From contig OX597820.1 in the NCBI GenBank assembly GCA_951406725.2, forward strand, positions 95,356,001 through 95,420,000: a stretch of DNA of 64,000 nucleotides, read 5' to 3'. This document shows positions 1 through 14,307 of this stretch, piece after piece. The translations under genes were made by a program, and so were the position numbers. The notes beneath the pieces were generated by a model. The model saw nothing but the letters and a program-made list of their open reading frames with translations. It was not told the DNA's origin and did no database searches. Source of the DNA: Octopus vulgaris (taxonomy: Eukaryota). The stretch's first letter is position 1. Each line of letters opens with the position of its first letter.

Positions 1-283
1 ACTTGGCTAGTGTGACTTTTAAATATTCCCAAAGCTCAAGAAAAAAAAAAACACTCGAAGGGAGAAGATTTGAGTCAACAGAGGACATTAAGCAAAATTC
101 GGCGGCACAGCTCTACAACATTCGAAAAAGTGATGTCCAGAAATGTTTCCAGCAGTGGCAGGAAAGTTGGAAGAAGTGTGTAGACACCCAGTGCAAATAC
201 TTTGAAGGAGACAAAGCGGTGAGTTTTTTTAATACTATTTGTTTTTTGACCAAGGGTTGGATACTTTTTGACTACCCCTCGTA
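1..283 (+). mobile_element. 3' end of a mariner transposon (transposase C-terminus + right TIR)
   Basis: LEGRRFESTEDIKQ...FQQWQESWKKCVDTQCKYFEGD resembles the mariner C-terminus. Ends in ...ttttgactacccctcg-TA. Confidence 0.8.
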
Positions 284-287
284 CACG

Positions 288-370
<83 letters not shown>

Positions 371-930
371 CTGCGTGCGTTGACAACCAAAGTTGCTTGT
401 TTACGTCCCCGTAACAACTTATCGGTGCGGCAAAAAGAGAACGAGTGAGTAAGCACCAGAATTACAAGTAAGTGCTGGGTTTGATCTGTTCGGCTAAACT
501 CTTCAAGGCGGTGCCCCAGCATGGCCGCAGTCTAATGACTGAAACAAGCAAAAGATATAAGTTATAAGAGATAAAGATATGCTTATGTACTGAACAGTAA
601 AACAAAATCGATGTGGTTTTGTCATTAGCTGTTGATTTCGGGATTTCTTCAATCACTTCCTTGACGTAATTTAGCTAATCAGATTAATAGTTAATCAGTA
701 ATATACAAAAAAGGTGTTAAATGTATAATTTAGAGTAAATGAAACAACATTTACAGAAGAACAGCGGGAAATATTATAAATTAACAGATTATACGAGATA
801 CCCAACAATCTAGCCGCAGGTCATTATCCCGAAACCAGCAATTAAATTCCACCGCGGATGTGTTAATGTTTGAAACTATGAGATAGGGTAAAAAATTTTG
901 AGAATGAGTGAGTGAAAGAGAGAAAGGAGT

Positions 931-979
<49 letters not shown>

Positions 980-1624
980 GGGGGAGAGAAAGTATATGTG
1001 TCTGTGTATGAAATATATGGGATAACATGAAGAGGCAGGAGTAGATGTGTGAGTTATATGTGATTGTAAGAAGATGGAAGACGGGTAGAGAAACATAGGG
1101 AGTGTAATTCTGTGTGTGTGCGTGTTTGTGTGTGTGCGTGTATGTGTGTGTGCGCGAGCATATGTGTGCGTGAGTTGAATGTCTTCCGAAAACATTTGTA
1201 AAAAACAAATACTGTTGTCTGTACAATAGGACTGAAAAACCGAAAGAACGCGCGAGTGATGTGCCCCTTCTCATTAAGGTCCAACCTTTCCGTGCCTGTG
1301 ACATCTGTGAGGAGTACGGAAAGGTTTTAAAAACCAAATCAGTTTGGTCACATGATAAAAAAATATATTTGTACTGACTAACCTGTCTTTTTCCATATAC
1401 ACCAAAATTAGATCATCCGGTGTATTTTCCCGGTTTTGAGGATGCTAAGATGTGAACCGAGAATGAAATGTTTGCAGATGAACGAAATTGCGAAAAGTAT
1501 TGGGTAAATAATGCAGTTTTTTCAATTTCATGAACTAAAAGTCGGAGGGGGACAGGATAAACTACCTGCATCAACTTGCTATAAAAGCAGGTAGTGATTT
1601 TTATCTCGTACTTATTCTTAGCAC

Positions 1625-4510
1625 AAGTCTTTTGTTGTTGAACGTTTTGCTAGTGTTTCCGGTGTCATTTGTTGAATTGTTGTATTGTTGCGGTGAGTTG
1701 AGGTCGTTTTGCGATTGTTTTTGTTGAAAAACTGTTTATTGCTTCGTTGAAGCAACTTGTTTTCAGTTCCCCCGGCGAGAGAATTGATGTTAAACGGTGT
1801 GGCTTTCGGCCAATTCTGTAGGGCGTAAGCCCAAATTTTTCTGTGTTCGGTGTTTTGCCATAAATTGCGTTTTGTTTAAGAAAAAGCATCATGGAGTTAC
1901 CATTGAGTTCAAGTGACTCACCAGATAGACTAATTATGAATATGCCTGTTTTTGTAACAGGTGAAAAGGAGGAATCACCGGCGCTGTCGCCAAAAAAGTT
2001 CGCCGAGATAGCGGGAAGAAAAGAAATTCTGATAAACACTGAGAAAAGTAACCTGCAAAGATTCATGTCAATGCTAAAAAAGGAGAGGACCGAAAATCAA
2101 GTGGCTCCCCCGGAAGAAACAACAGACCAAGTCAACAGGAGAAGAATTTTGTATAAAACTTACAACATAGCGAAAAAAGGGTATACAAAACCGAGGAGAA
2201 AATAGAGGAGAAATATCTCAGACCTATTTGGGCTGATATCACATACATTAACCGTGGTAAAAAATTCGGAACGGTTGAAGTGAGATTTAAGTCGGAGGAA
2301 GTAGCCAGGCGGTACTCCCCGGAGACCCTAAGAACGGGGGAGGCGGTTCTTCTTCCCGTACATATGGGAAGAAGAACACCAAAAGTGAAAATCAAGATAA
2401 TCTCTCCGGAAGTTGATGCCACCTATTTTAGTGGGTCTGGAGGAAAAAATAACTATTCTCCGGGCCTCAGTAGAAAAGGAAGAAAACTGGAAGGGAAAAT
2501 TCCTGACAATGTTAATATAAGCAGAAGTCCCAACCCTCGAAGAGATAGCAGAAATTATAAATGTCGGCGGATAAGAAAGATTAATAGTATTTGTAGAAGG
2601 AAGAAAACCAAGGTGCTTTAACTGTGGTTTAAAGGGCCACATAAGGTCGGGGTGCAAACCAAACGAAGAAGAAGAAGAAGAAGAAGAAGAAGAAGAAGAA
2701 GAAGAAGAAGAAGAAGAAGAAGAAGAAGAAGAAGAAAAAACAACTGAAACATCAGCACCAATACTGAAAGAAGATTCAACACCAATACCTACAGAAGAGA
2801 GCGAAGATAAAGACAGAGAGGAGGGGTGGTCGACTGATTTCAGAAAAAAGAAGAAAAAACACAGACCGCCCCTACTAAACTTAAATTAAAAAAGAACGAG
2901 AAAGAAAAAGAAATTAAGTATATGGCCATTAAGGCAACCGTTTGGCAGCTACTTCATCTGCCAAACGTGTTGAAAAGACCACATCAAAATACTTTTTCAT
3001 TTATAAATTCGGCCGGAAGAATTACGGGCGGATAAAGTCCGAATACTTTCACGACGTAGGCCCTCTCAGAATGAATTTTTTCTCCATATATTTATGAGAG
3101 CCTACGTCCAAATATCCCACGAGCCCGGGAAAAGGAGGAAGAAAAAGAAAACGGAACGAAGGAATCTCTAACCACTGATGCAAAGGTAAGTAGTGTCGTG
3201 CATTCATGTAGGTTGTTTAAATGTGCGTGACTTTGTGTCAGGCTGGAAACAAGGTTGCTTCCTTAATGACATCAGGTCGCGTAATTTGGATGTTATTGTT
3301 GCTACAGAAACCCGGTTAAGGGGGCCAAGAAATCTGCTCCCGCTGTTGGATTGCTACGTGAGTTTTTTTCTTTCCAGGCTGTCTTTCTATCGGGAGCTGG
3401 GTGTTTGTCCTGTTAAAAAGAAACCGGGTTTCTGATAAAAAGTTAATTTTTGCTGGTCCAGAAGGTAGGCTGGTCGTCATGGACTTGACGTTCAGCCGCG
3501 GAAAGATTATCAGACTGGTTGCAATATATGCACCCACGATAACCGGGAAAAGCGATTATTTTCGGAATCTGGAGAAGTTTCTTGCTATATCACATTCTTT
3601 AGTTGTACTAGGAGACTAAAGCACAATCTACGACGCACGCGTAGATTATGTTGGCTCGTGTTCTGGTAGGAAATGTGACCCTTGCTTCCAGGAACTGCTA
3701 AGCCGCTTTGAGCTAGCAGATCCATACAGGCTGGAATTTCCGAACGCTCCATTCTGAAAATGGTCAAATAGCAACGGATCTTTAAGGTCGTACCTAGATA
3801 GAGTGCTAATTAGAAAAGCAGATAGGAATATAGCTAGGTGTCCACGGTTTCACCTGGTCAGCTACAGTGATCATAAAATGGGTCACCCGTAACCTTGACA
3901 TAGATAAACTATATAATAGAGGCTCCGGCTATTGGAAACTCAATACGTCCCTTTTGGCAATTAAGAAGTACAGAGACCGGATTAAGTTGCTGATTCAGAG
4001 GGCATTAACCGGATCCATTATTAATAATGAATGGTGGCATGCCCTCAAGCGAGCCATTAAATTCGAGTCTATTAGATATAGCATAGGTTTAGGACTTAGA
4101 GAAAGCAATGAGAAGTGGCTCTACGGCTCAGGTGAGGTCCAAGAGGCTGGCGTTAAACCAGCACCTCGAAGCCAAACACATGGGTTGCATTGTCAGGACT
4201 AGACTTCGTGCAGTGGGTTGCGAGGGAATCAAGGCCACAGGATGGGCCCGAGTGGTGGAAGCCCAACGTGGTAATGATGCCACAATCCGATCTTTGTCGA
4301 ACCAACAAGGTAAGTTGATAAACGAGTCCGAGGAGATGTGTGAGGCCTTTCAGGAACACTTCACTCGGTTTTTCAGTTGGGGGCGGCGAACCGGATAGTA
4401 GGAGGGACCTAACGGACTTCCTCACCAGGCTGCCGCGTCTCACGGGGCGAAACGCGGAGTGCTGAGAAGGGCCGATCACGCCTGGGGAGGTAATTGAGGC
4501 TATTGTCTTC
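1625..4510 (+). mobile_element. Degenerate Tx1/L1-like non-LTR retrotransposon: ORF1 with zinc knuckle, ORF2 APE endonuclease, 3' truncated before RT
   Basis: CFNCGLKGHIRSGC knuckle at about 2613-2655, followed by (GAA)n. ORF2 pieces VGCLNVR, DVIVATET, IRLVAIYAP, LVVLGD, YLDRVL, SDHK and GYWKLNTSLL. Multiple frameshifts. Confidence 0.85.
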
Positions 4511-4680
4511 CTCCGTCTTATTTTCTGTTGGACTTTCCTCTGTTTCTGAAGAAGAGCGTTGCTCGAAACGTTAAATCATCTTTCTTTCCTTCCCTGAGTG
4601 TCTGCTGATACTTTACATGTACCACGTCCTCGCGTTGCTGTGTGTTTTTGTGTTTCTCCTTTTTGGGATTTACTATATTA
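4511..4680 (+). mobile_element. Penelope-like terminal repeat (pLTR) fragment with minimal hammerhead motif
   Basis: TTT-CTGAAGA-A-GAGC-GTT-GCTC-GAA-ACGT-T-AAA at 4543-4575. Related to repeats at 8200-8400, 26760-26950 and 28430-28612. Confidence 0.6.
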
Positions 4681-4805
4681 TATACACACACATACGTATC
4701 TATATTATATATATTATATATATACATTCATACATATCCATATTATATATATATTATATATACATGCATGTCTATATTATATATATATACATATATATAC
4801 ATATC

Positions 4806-4851
<46 letters not shown>

Positions 4852-4910
4852 TGTCTTTACATACATTTATATCTATATAATATATATGTATATTATATAT
4901 ATGTATGTTA

Positions 4911-4989
<79 letters not shown>

Positions 4990-4990
4990 T

Positions 4991-5064
<74 letters not shown>

Positions 5065-5404
5065 ATGAAAGATTGTTTCTGTTCTTAGTTGTTCTCTGGA
5101 ATATTCACCCTACTTAAAAATATGCAACACTATATATTTGAATAATTCCACATTTCTCTTCGAACATGGCAGCAACCAACTTTACGTACATAAACATACA
5201 AACATAGATGTGATTTGCACGGAAAGGTTCCAGAAACCAAATCTGTTATTCGGTTCAATTTCTTTAAGTCGCTTTTGCAAGCACAATATTCATTTCCCCA
5301 CCCCACAAAATCAATAAGATCGATCGTACGGTGAACAATACTTTTGATCAATTAAGATTTAACGCATTCATGTGTGTACTAAACAAGTATCTAATCCTTA
5401 GATA

Positions 5405-5570
5405 GTGAAGGCGCATGGCCTAGTGGTTTGGATGTTGCACTCACGATTGTGAGATCGCGGTTCCATATACTAGACCGAGTGGTGCGATGTCTTTTTTGAG
5501 CAAAACACTTCATCTCACGTTGTCCTACGATCATTTAGGATACTTGTCTTGTGGCACACCGTGCACTTGC
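5405..5570 (+). mobile_element. tRNA-derived SINE head (degenerate)
   Basis: A-box TGGCCTAGTGG, B-box-like GGTTCCAT, then TTGAGCAAAACACTT. Related sequence on the minus strand at about 18520-18645. Confidence 0.55.
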
Positions 5571-5589
5571 TCATTCAACGTCTGTGCTA

Positions 5590-5748
5590 GTTGTACATAA
5601 ATCCGACAACCCTGGCCGCCCCATTGTTTCCGCCTGCAAATGCCCCACAGAACCCATTTCAAAATACCTCGACCACATCCTGTCCCCTTTAGTTGCTGCC
5701 CTCCCATCCCATATACATGACACCAATCACGCCATTCGCCTTTTCAAT
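5590..5748 (+). mobile_element. Penelope-like element reverse-transcriptase fragment
   Basis: VHKSDNPGRPIVSACKCPTEPISKYLDHILSPLVAALPSHIHDTNHA matches the PLE RT motif PK(I/V)HK...RPIVS...PT..IS.YLD..L.P.V..LPS.I.DT. Confidence 0.8.
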
Positions 5749-6233
5749 TGGTGAACCGTCTTTCTCGAACTACGAGAGACTACTATCAATCCTTAGATAC
5801 AGTTTTATTAAAAGTTATTTTTTATGGAATAAATAGAATAATAGAATTCCTCAAGTGTTTAATTAGTCATTTCGTCGTTTTTTAGAATCCGATTTGGACT
5901 TTTCAAAGAGTAGTTTACCTGCCGGGAATGGTTTGGCAGTGTTTAGTTAGTTAATAATAATGTAACCATCTTTAATTTTATACAAAATCCTCATTCTAAC
6001 ACTGTAGAAAGCTCAATCATTTTCAATATATAGTGTTTGACTTGTGTACGATTTGATGTTACTCTTATAAACTAAGAAGCTCTGAAAAGCCATCTATACA
6101 TTCTATTACACAAAACACATTAATATTATTGATTTCTTATACAACAATTATAATGATTTTTATACTGTTCTGCAAAATCCTGAGAAAAGCTAGTAGGAAT
6201 AGCTTAGAAATAGAAAGTACTTTTTTTCTACTT

Positions 6234-6294
<61 letters not shown>

Positions 6295-6713
6295 CACACA
6301 CAAACACACACACACACACACACACACGCATACACGTACGCACGCACGCACGCATACGCGCGCGCTCACAGGCATACATGCACACCAGATCACGTGTATA
6401 TAATTTTCTAAATGTTCATTGTGTCTGATTGTTATTGTAAGGTCAGTCCGTTGAGAAATTACATTTATAAATAGCTGGTCTCTCGAGATATTTTGCCAGA
6501 AGCTAATATGACAGAAATAGGGTGGAAAATACCAATACCAATAACAAAACAAAAGAACTTTTATAGAATAGCAAATTGTTGAATTTGGTGTCAATGTAGA
6601 CCAGACTTCGGAGGCCAACATACGAGCTATTTAACTTTAAAAGGAATTAGAATAGACATACATACATATATCTATGTAAATTTATGTATAAAGATACATA
6701 CGTACGTACACAC

Positions 6714-6825
<112 letters not shown>

Positions 6826-7232
6826 ATGTATGTTTACATATATCATCATATATGTACATATACCTACATACACACACACACACATACACACATATATAAA
6901 TGCTGCATTTGTTGAGTATATAAACAGTTTGGCTGTTTGTTTCTCTGGAGACTGTCGGAATGATGTAGACGCCGCTGATGAGAACCCAATAAGGTCCGAA
7001 TATCGATTAACGTTGTTCATCATTTTTTCAGATTCGGAGAAACGGCTAAAATTTGCCCTGTTTATAATTATATCATATGTTACATATATGTATATGTGTA
7101 TACCTACCTACCTACCTACCTACCTACCTACATACATACATACATACATACCTACCTACCTACCTACCTACCTACCTACCTACCTACCTACCTACCTACC
7201 TACCTACCTACATACATACATACATACATACA

Positions 7233-7270
<38 letters not shown>

Positions 7271-7296
7271 TAAAAAGATTAGAGATCTATACAAAT

Positions 7297-7370
<74 letters not shown>

Positions 7371-7371
<1 letters not shown>

Positions 7372-7733
7372 TGGAAATAGCACAGAAATAAGTCTAATAC
7401 ATTTCAATTTAAGAGGGAATTTAATAAAAATGGTTTAAAAGTTATTTAAAGAAAATATTATCGTTTTCAATGTATCTCATCTTATCAAATATCAGTAAAA
7501 ATTTATAACAATTTGAAGTAAAAACTGTTTATATTCTGTCTGGGGGTCAAGACATGTTCTAGACCCGCAGACAGAAGATAAACTGTTTTCACTTTAAATT
7601 TCTATAAGATATTTGATAAGATGAGATACATCGAAACTGGTAACGTTTTCTTTATATAATTTAAAGACTATTTTTATTTTTTAATTACCTCTTAAACTGA
7701 AATGTTTTAGACTTGCTTCTGTGCTATTTCCAT
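7371..7733. repeat. Imperfect 360-bp palindrome between (TA)n tracts
   Basis: gtggaaatagcacagaaataagtctaa... pairs with ...ttagacttgcttctgtgctatttcca. Centre at about 7555. Confidence 0.85.
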
Positions 7734-7748
7734 CTCCATCTTTTATAC

Positions 7749-7811
<63 letters not shown>

Positions 7812-8199
7812 GCACCTAACCCCACGTCCTCACCCCAAACCAACACCCCACCCTTACTTACCCACACCCCACCATCACTTCCCCACACCACCCTCACTTT
7901 TCCACACGTACCCTCACTACCCACAACCCACCCTCACTACCCACAACCCACCCTCACTTCCCCACACACCACTCCGTACACACTAGCACTGACCACTTCC
8001 CAGCACCCACACCATCATCCACATACCCACGCATTACAGACGCACACCCACACGCACACATCCACACGTCAAAATCACCAGCCCCTGTCCACACGCACAC
8101 ACACACTCTCACATACTCACAAGCACACACACCTTCGTTTTGGGATCACCAGTACTTTATCTCCACTTTTTCTTAGCTCTGTTGTTTAACTACCTTTGT

Positions 8200-8396
8200 C
8201 CAGCCAGTCCCCATGATTGACCACTAACACCAAAAGTTTTTATATTCTCTCTCTGTTTATTTCATCGTGTTTTTTTTCTATTGAAGAGTGTAGGCTCGAA
8301 ACGTAAAAAAAATTTCTCACCTTCCCGAGCGTCAAACTAACACACCTGCTTGTTGTTTATACACCTGTCTTCGTCTTTTGCTTTTCTGTAAATTTC

Positions 8397-8400
<4 letters not shown>
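8200..8400 (+). mobile_element. Penelope-like pLTR fragment (hammerhead core decayed)
   Basis: gaagagtgtaggctcgaaacgtaaaa...ctaacacacctgcttgttg...cacctgtcttcgtc, shared with 26830-26950 and 28500-28600. Confidence 0.55.
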
Positions 8401-8462
<62 letters not shown>

Positions 8463-8541
8463 ATATGTATATATGTATATATTTGTATGTATATATATAT
8501 ATATATGCATATATATATATTTGTATGTATATATATATATA

Positions 8542-8595
<54 letters not shown>

Positions 8596-8834
8596 CATAC
8601 ATATATATATACATATATACATACATACATATATATATATACATATATACATACATATAATATGTGACAATTATTCGGTAACCATGATAAAACTCCGAGT
8701 TTCGGATGCCAAGTTTTAATAAGGAAACATGTAGATAGAGAAGAGGACACTCTTTCTGAAAATAGAAATAAAATAAAACTAACAAGACAATGCTAAACAG
8801 CAGCAATCAAAAACCACCATTACTATAGATATTA

Positions 8835-9933
8835 TCACAAGATGCCACTATAAGGTTTTTTACGTTTCCACTGGTCAAATTCAACCTTCGATCTGAAAGC
8901 AGATGTTTGTTTTGAAAAAGACCTTTCAACTTTGACCGATATCGAAGGTGCATGTTTGTTAGATGCTATATCATTCGGTGAGGGCTTTTCAACATATTGT
9001 TTATTTGACCCTTTAAGAACTTTCACGAAATCGTTAATCTGTTTGTAGCTATGTGTCCGCCCCTCTCTCCAGGAGTACTCCTCACCTTTTCAATAGTGCT
9101 GTCAAACATAGATAGAGCTTCTAGCATAGAAATATTCCGGTTTTCTAAAGCTAGTATAGTTTGTAGTAGCTTTTGAAAATGTGAAACAATAAAGGAGAGA
9201 CCGCTATGAACACTGGAGTTACGAATCAAATCTTGGACAATACGTGTAGAGGAAGCTTCTTCACTGTTTGATGCATTAAAAAATTTCCTTTAGAGTATCA
9301 AAATTTGAGGAATGATTTATATATATATATATATCAGCGGTTATCCACGTCCCCATCTCGTGAGAACAGGTTGCAGAGGTAAACTCAGTGTTGGTGCATG
9401 TTCGCGGAAAAGTTCACACCTACATGGAGATTTAAGAAATATTTTTTTACCATTTGCAATCAACCTGTCGGCATCTGGAAATAGTAAGTGTACTTTTTCG
9501 GCAATTCTATGCAATCCATGTATTAAACATGTTACATGGATCATGCGAGGAAACAGAACCTGTAATGTTTTAGCAGCCTTTTTCATATAAGGTGCAGTAT
9601 CTGTTACAAATAGTAACACATTGTTATACTTGAAACCTTCAGTCCTCAATAATGCTAAAGAAGAAGTGAATAGACGAGTGATTATAGGACTATTAGTAAA
9701 AGTAAGAAATTCCGATGTTAGTAAACGCATGGTACGGCTATCGGAATTTTCTAAAGTGCCTACAACAACATTCGCAATGTGCCTATCCAAAGAATCGGTG
9801 GTTTCATCTATCGAGGTATTAAACTGTAGTTATGCCTTTTTTTTCAATATAAGTTAACGTTGACGGATTACCGTTAACTTCCGTTGCATTTTCAAAGAAT
9901 TAACGGATTAACGATTAACGGTGCCCACCGCTG
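8835..9933 (-). mobile_element. hAT-superfamily transposase relic with one terminus
   Basis: IDETTDS, VTDTAPYMKKA, HVTCLIHGLH (CxxH) and PVLTRWG motifs. Terminus CAGCGGTGGGCAC at 9933 with subterminal GTTAA repeats. Interrupted by (TA)n at about 9320. Confidence 0.8.
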
Positions 9934-10563
9934 TACACACACACATACCCACATAATTGTAAGTATGAATTCATGCGTGGATGTATAATGTGTATAAACA
10001 GTTTAGATGTAGAAAAGATTTAATGATTTGCATCTATTTAGAGAATTAAGCACACTGGTGAAGCGGTAAATAGATCACAGGGTAGATATATGCTAACAGC
10101 TGTATAATGCACACAACTGCTTACATTTGCAAGCAGTTGACAACAGTCTATAAAGAATGAGCATATATTTATCATTCTGTACTGACACTTAGAGAGCTGG
10201 AACATATTATCGGCAATCGACTATGATAAAAGGTTCTTGCATTGAGATCGAACCGGACACCTAATTGTTGTAAATTGAGTTTCTAAATCATTCGGTCATG
10301 CTGCATCCATTACATAAACACATTATTCATATGTCTGTCTGTCTGTCTATATAATATAGAACGGATTTTAAAATAGATTGAAGAGATACGGAAGGAGATT
10401 GTATCCCAGAGCAGAGTTGTGGCAATTAGTCTTCGTACAGTTATAGGTCAAAAGCTTTACAAAAATTTGCTGCCAGGCGGCAAAGGATTGTTCAAGACTA
10501 CTAAAATGCGAGAATATTCATAGATTTACTTACATTGATTAGATATACACTTGTGCTCTTACA

Positions 10564-10638
<75 letters not shown>

Positions 10639-10662
10639 TGCTTTTATCAAGAACAACAGCCA

Positions 10663-10762
<100 letters not shown>

Positions 10763-10877
10763 ATGTATGTATGTATGTATGTATGCACATGTAAAATGCT
10801 GCTATATACGAAGGGGAAAGTTTTAATTGACAGTGAGTGATACATTGGTAAAATACTTTTGTGCACACAACTATGTA

Positions 10878-10923
<46 letters not shown>

Positions 10924-11930
10924 CAAATCAAGGAAAAATTGATATAACATTTTACATATATTTAATACGATGTATACATCCGTACATACAAGCTTGCATG
11001 CATGCATGCATGCATGCATGCATACATACATACATACATGCATACATACATACATACATACATACATACATACATACATACATACATACAAACATACATA
11101 CACATATAAATTATGCACATACAGAAATGTTTCTATATAGAACTGAGCATAGGTTTACACATTGAAAAACAAAACAATTTTGCTGAAAAAGAAAAGAAGA
11201 TATAGGTGAACTCAATTATATATACCGGAATCAAGTTACACATCTTTTATGATAATATTCATATATTCCCAAATATTTATTTTCTGAATAAAAAAGAAAT
11301 TAAAAAGAAACCTGCTATTCAATATAAAAAAAATGATTTACCAAAAATAGTTCCTTCCCAAAACAACATATTCCTTCTCTAAAAACAAAACACACACAGA
11401 CACACACAGAGGTGATCATATCCTGAATCGAATTCCGCTACTCAATTCAATAGAATTTTTGACACAAGAAATCTGCTTTTCAATTCGATAGAACTTTCGA
11501 CATTTGACTCCTTGAATACCATTCCAGACCCCTACATAAAGAATGAGAATAAACTGCTTTAATTTCCAATTTTTCTTATTTCCTAATTTTTTTCTTATTT
11601 CCTACTTCTTGTCTTTGAATTTTTAATATTTGATAATATGGACATACACATTGAAACCAGTAATATTTTATAAAAGTAATTTAATGTAATAAATATAAAG
11701 ATATTTGCCCAATCCGATTAAAGGGGGAAATCTTTAAACATATATTTGTGCTGTTTCCATTTTTACTTTATATATATATATAGTTTGAAGTTCTATACAA
11801 GTTTTAGATATTAAGAAAAAGCCTGGTAGTCAGAATTTTATATAGCGCTTTCATCTTTCTTAGATTCATCATGATCATGATGAATCTCTCGAAGAAAGAT
11901 GAAAGCATTAAATAAATAGCTACCAGCTTT

Positions 11931-12046
<116 letters not shown>

Positions 12047-13183
12047 GCGTATATATATACTCACACATACAAGCAAAATTCTCATAAAGATTTATGAACT
12101 GATGGCTCACGTATAATTTACAAAATAACCGCGCGCTTGCATACACATTCTCGAACACAAACGCATAAGCATCCCACAAACGTAGAATGATAGTTTAAGT
12201 TAGTAATAAATAACACTCCAATAAATGACCCTTATTTATGTAGGATAAAGGTCTCAACTTAATAAGATATTAATACAGTCAAGCCAACTGGTTTAATATA
12301 TTACATATATTAGCGCGGTAATAATTCTGCTAGCACGCCATTTTAGAATGTTTAAATATTAGATTTACTTAACAAGATGATTCGATGGAAAATGATGAAA
12401 AAAATTTCTATTCAGAAGGTTACCATTCAAATTCCCCATCGATTGATATGAAAGAGCGTTCATTATATTAGTTAAAAGTAAAATGTAACACCCTTTTTCT
12501 ATTGGTGTAGATTTATAACACTTGAATTTTATGGTTACGATAAATAATTCACTTTTCTTGTTTATCTGCTAGTAGATATTTCTAGAGTTTCATATGTCAA
12601 TAAGCATATATACCTCATAGTTTCTCTAACTTTAAAATGCTCCATTTAAGCCTTAAAATCGATAGCTTTAGATTTCAGACACGATAAGTACCCCGCTCGT
12701 GATGTTGAATACTTTAATGAAAAAAGGACAGCTTGCACACAAAATACTGATCGACCCGTCTCTGACTCATTCATACAGACTGCTTATCTTTTTATTCTAT
12801 TTTGAATTGTTTTCTTTTTACTAACAATAAATTACTTTGATAACTGATTCCAATGTTTACTATATATATATATATTGAAAATTTTAGGTCAGATATTACC
12901 GAGGCATGAAGGTAGCTGCCTCGTGTAATTTCTGTCCCTTCTGGCTCCTTTACTGATGAACGCGTTGGCCGTTGGAAGATTGACTTGATTAAGTTTAATT
13001 TAATTTAATCAGGCTGGTTTACCATTAAAAAACGCTGAAACAATGCATTGTCTAAAGATGAACAGGGTAAATGTTTTTTTCATTTTTCCTCTGATTCCGG
13101 AATTACTACTATTTGCGGTTAGAGCTCTGGCTGCTATTTCTAGTGGGTTGAACGGCCTATTATAGCCGTTCCTCAATTTGTTG

Positions 13184-13309
<126 letters not shown>

Positions 13310-13418
13310 TATAACTAATGTAGGATAACATTTTTTCGAAAAAAAAAATTATCAATGGCCAGCATATCAAAAAATACCTTTAAAGGTTAAATTTATAAAT
13401 TCTCAAATATAAATATTT

Positions 13419-13498
<80 letters not shown>

Positions 13499-13568
13499 AT
13501 GTGTGTATGTGTGTGTGTGTGGGGTTCTACCCCTCCTTCTTTCTCACCCTCTCCCACTTTCTCTCTGT

Positions 13569-13618
<50 letters not shown>

Positions 13619-14240
13619 ATATGTATATATACATGTGTGCTAATTTGTGGACGTGCATAAATTACATTCACGTACACACTCACACACACACACACACATA
13701 CACACACATATACACACACACATCCTGCCTTTTATAGACAAATAGATAAATAAGTGATTTAAAATAAATATATTTTAATTGTTGTGTGAGAAAATATATA
13801 TAATCCAATTATAAAATGTGATGTATTTCAAAAACATCCTAAATTTGAAGACTATATCTCGTGTTTAAGAAAAAATTTACATTTTTATTTTTGATGAATT
13901 CTGTCACTTACTCTCTCTCCCTCACACACATACATCAACACACAACTTCTCTCTCTCTTCCCCACCACACGCATATTTTCACTCCGCTATGGCATGAAGG
14001 GGTCTTAACTTATGTTAGCAAACTTCAAAATTGGTAAAAGTTATGATTGAAAATCGATTTTTACCTCTATTCGCGGGTGCCTCGGGAAGAATAAATTAAC
14101 AAAAACCCAGCTAGGGTTATGATGAATGTCCTCCTAAAATTGGAGCGAGATGCGTGCTAATATGTGGACGTACATAAATTACATTCACGTACACACACAC
14201 ACACACACACATCCTGCCTTTCATAGATATATATATATAT

Positions 14241-14307
<67 letters not shown>

